NCBI GenBank assembly: GCA_035716845.1
Contig: DASTJE010000259.1
Location: 2,638 to 66,637, forward strand
Direction of reading: 5' to 3'
Source: Burkholderiaceae bacterium
GTDB taxonomy: Bacteria; Pseudomonadota; Gammaproteobacteria; Burkholderiales; Burkholderiaceae_C
DNA length: 64,000 bases
A program made the translations under genes and the position numbers. A model generated the notes under the pieces. The model ran no database searches. It had not been told where the DNA came from and worked only from the letters and a program-made list of their open reading frames with translations. Of the stretch, positions 59,602 to 64,000 are shown in pieces; within the stretch, counting starts at the first letter, position 1; every line of letters starts with the position of its first letter.

Positions 59602-60402
59602 TCAGGGCAGCCAGTCGAATGCCGGGTTGTGTTCGGGCAGGCCATGCGCCGCATCGTAGTACGGGCCGGCGAAGTACAGGCCGTCCGGGGCGAAGGTCGG
59701 CGCCGCCGCAGCCCGGCTGCGCGCCGCCAGCACGTCGGCCAGCCAGCCTGCGGGTCGTCCGCCCTGCCCCACGGCCACGAGACAGCCCATGACGTTGCGC
59801 ACCATGTGGTGCAGGAAGGCCACGCCGTCGAACTCGAAGCGCCAGTACGCACCGTGCCGCTCGATGGCGATGCGGTGCAGGCGCTTGACGGGCGACGCGG
59901 CCTGGCACTCGGCACTGCGGAACGACGAGAAGTCGTGCTCGCCGATCAGGTGGGCGGCCGCGGCACGCATCGCGTCGCCGTCGAGCGGGCGGAACGTCCA
60001 TCCGGCAAGGCCCCGCTCCAGCGCTGGCCGGACCGCCGACTCCAGCAGCACGTACACATAGCGGCGACCGCGCGCGCTGTTGCGCGCATGGAAGCCGCCA
60101 TCGACCGGCCGGCACCACTGTACGGCGATGTCGGCGGGCAGGAAGCGGTTGGTGCCGCGCACCCAGGAAAACGCCGTGCGTGCCACCGGGGCGTCGAGGT
60201 GCACCACCTGATTGAGGGCGTGCACGCCGGCGTCCGTGCGACCCGCGCACACCGTGACGACGGGCTGGTCGGCAAACGCCGCCAGGGACAGCTCCACGTG
60301 GTCCTGGACCGTGTGTCCGTCGGGCTGGCTTTGCCAACCGTGGTAGGCGGTGCCGCGATAGGCGACGCCGAGCGCCAGACGCGTGCCGGCCGCGACCGGC
60401 AC
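59602..60402 (-). CDS. truA: tRNA pseudouridine(38-40) synthase
   Basis: It lies within ORF 59602..60663. The GTG at 60402 is the first start after the fimV stop. The motifs LALGVAYRGTAYHGWQSQ and AGRTDAGVHA (catalytic Asp) are present. Confidence 0.9.
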   Translation of the reverse strand: MPVAAGTRLALGVAYRGTAYHGWQSQPDGHTVQDHVELSLAAFADQPVVTVCAGRTDAGVHALNQVVHLDAPVARTAFSWVRGTNRFLPADIAVQWCRPVDGGFHARNSARGRRYVYVLLESAVRPALERGLAGWTFRPLDGDAMRAAAAHLIGEHDFSSFRSAECQAASPVKRLHRIAIERHGAYWRFEFDGVAFLHHMVRNVMGCLVAVGQGGRPAGWLADVLAARSRAAAAPTFAPDGLYFAGPYYDAAHGLPEHNPAFDWLP

Positions 60403-60418
60403 GTCATCGCCGGCGAAC

Positions 60419-62962
<2,544 letters not shown>

Positions 62963-63150
62963 TGTTCCCGTGCCAGCGTCAGGCCCGGAAGCGGGCCGCT
63001 GCCCGTGACTGGCCAGGGCCCGAAATCACAATAGCAGCAAGCATATAGGGTGACAAGCTCATGCAAAGTGTGATCTTGGCGGGTGCGTGGTTACGAGTTG
63101 CGGCCCGGTGTGAACTTGTTGTCACCCGGCAACGTCTCGTGAAGCCCCCC

Positions 63151-64000
63151 TCAGGCCTCGAGCAGGATGCGCAGCATGCGACGCAGTGGCTCGGCCGCGC
63201 CCCACAGCAACTGGTCGCCGATGGTGTAGGCGCCGAGGTACTCCGGGCCCATCGCCATCTTGCGCAGGCGACCCACGGGAATGGTCAGCGTCCCGGTGAC
63301 GGCCACGGGAGTGAGGTCGCGCAGCGTCGCCTCGCGCGTGTTGGGCACCACCTTCACCCAGGCGTTGTCGGCCGCAATCATGGCCTCGACGTCGGCCAGC
63401 GGCACGTCGCGCTTGAGCTTGAAGGTCAGCGCCTGGCTGTGGCAGCGCATCGCGCCCACGCGGACGCAGAAGCCGTCGACCGGCACCTGGCCGGCCGCAT
63501 GGCCGAGGATCTTGTTGGTCTCCGCGCCGCCCTTCCACTCCTCGCGCGACACGCCGTTGCCGAGATCCTTGTCGATCCAGGGGATCAGCGAGCCGCCCAG
63601 CGGCACGCCGAAATTGGCCACCTCGTCACCCGACAGCGCACGCTGCTTGGCGATCACGCGGCGGTCGATCTCGAGGATCGCGCTCTTGGGGTCGGCCAAC
63701 AGCTCGCGTACCTCGGCGTTGAGGGTGCCGAACTGGGTCAGCAGTTCGCGCATGTGCTGCGCGCCGCCACCGGAGGCCGCCTGGTAGGTCATGGTCGACA
63801 TCCACTCGACCAGGCCGGCCTTGTAGAGCGCGCCCACGCCCATCAGCATGCAGCTCACCGTGCAGTTGCCGCCGATCCAGTTGCGGCCGCCCTTGGCAAG
63901 CGCGTTCTTGATGACCGGCAGATTGACGGGGTCGAGGATGATGACCGCGTCGTCCTTCATGCGCAGCGTGGAGGCGGCGTCGATCCAGTGGCCCTTCCAG
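63151..64000 (-). CDS. asd: Aspartate-semialdehyde dehydrogenase (5'-truncated by the window end)
   Basis: ORF 63151..63960 continues open to base 64000. The active-site context is GGNCTVS, with [10 protein letters not shown] also present. Confidence 0.93.
   Translation of the reverse strand, partial: WKGHWIDAASTLRMKDDAVIILDPVNLPVIKNALAKGGRNWIGGNCTVSCMLMGVGALYKAGLVEWMSTMTYQAASGGGAQHMRELLTQFGTLNAEVRELLADPKSAILEIDRRVIAKQRALSGDEVANFGVPLGGSLIPWIDKDLGNGVSREEWKGGAETNKILGHAAGQVPVDGFCVRVGAMRCHSQALTFKLKRDVPLADVEAMIAADNAWVKVVPNTREATLRDLTPVAVTGTLTIPVGRLRKMAMGPEYLGAYTIGDQLLWGAAEPLRRMLRILLEA

Overview
The window is very GC-rich. Hand counts of individual 60-nt lines give about 75% in parC. It reads as chromosomal core of a betaproteobacterium, probably Burkholderiales/Comamonadaceae-like. 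That placement is an inference from a Bug/TctC-type receptor and from the gene orders dapA-bamC-MBL and asd-fimV-truA-trpFBA-accD-folC-dedD-cvpA-purF-metZ-gltX. I can support about 60 protein genes, 4 tRNA genes (Gly-CCC, Asp-GTC, Glu-TTC, Ala-GGC), several hairpin terminators, a few palindromic operator candidates, one in-frame hexanucleotide microsatellite and one frameshifted gene. I see no rRNA, CRISPR array, integrase, transposase or recognisable phage or defence genes. Most long ORFs in the six-frame track are Arg/Ala/Gly-rich off-frame or antisense artefacts of the GC content, and I rejected them. Many real genes start well inside the listed ORFs, so I re-derived starts from conserved N-termini, overlapping stop/start codons and Shine-Dalgarno sequences. 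The housekeeping content is parC, parE, dapA, bamC, dut, coaBC, alaS, gabD, trmB, uppP, tolC, waaA, a PMM/PGM, an ada/alkA-ogt operon, a TRAP transporter, and gltX through asd. The best candidate for something undescribed is the locus at 5984-10990. It holds a WYL-domain regulator and two copies of a GGCTCAT-N3-ATGAGCC palindrome in its divergent promoter. It also holds an uncharacterised 354-aa protein with a degenerate HNH-like signature, then a DAO-type flavoenzyme and a PaaI thioesterase. On the regulator's own strand sits an unusual formyltransferase::double-ACT fusion. Other points worth a second look are a lower-GC decaying islet (about 10991-13079) between parC and parE, a doubly degenerate REC-GGDEF protein that keeps its I-site, and a slippage-prone (Pro-Ala)n microsatellite in fimV. 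Two GNAT genes also each overlap the stop codon of an essential gene by 8 nt. All family assignments come from motif recognition by eye. No searches or alignments were run.
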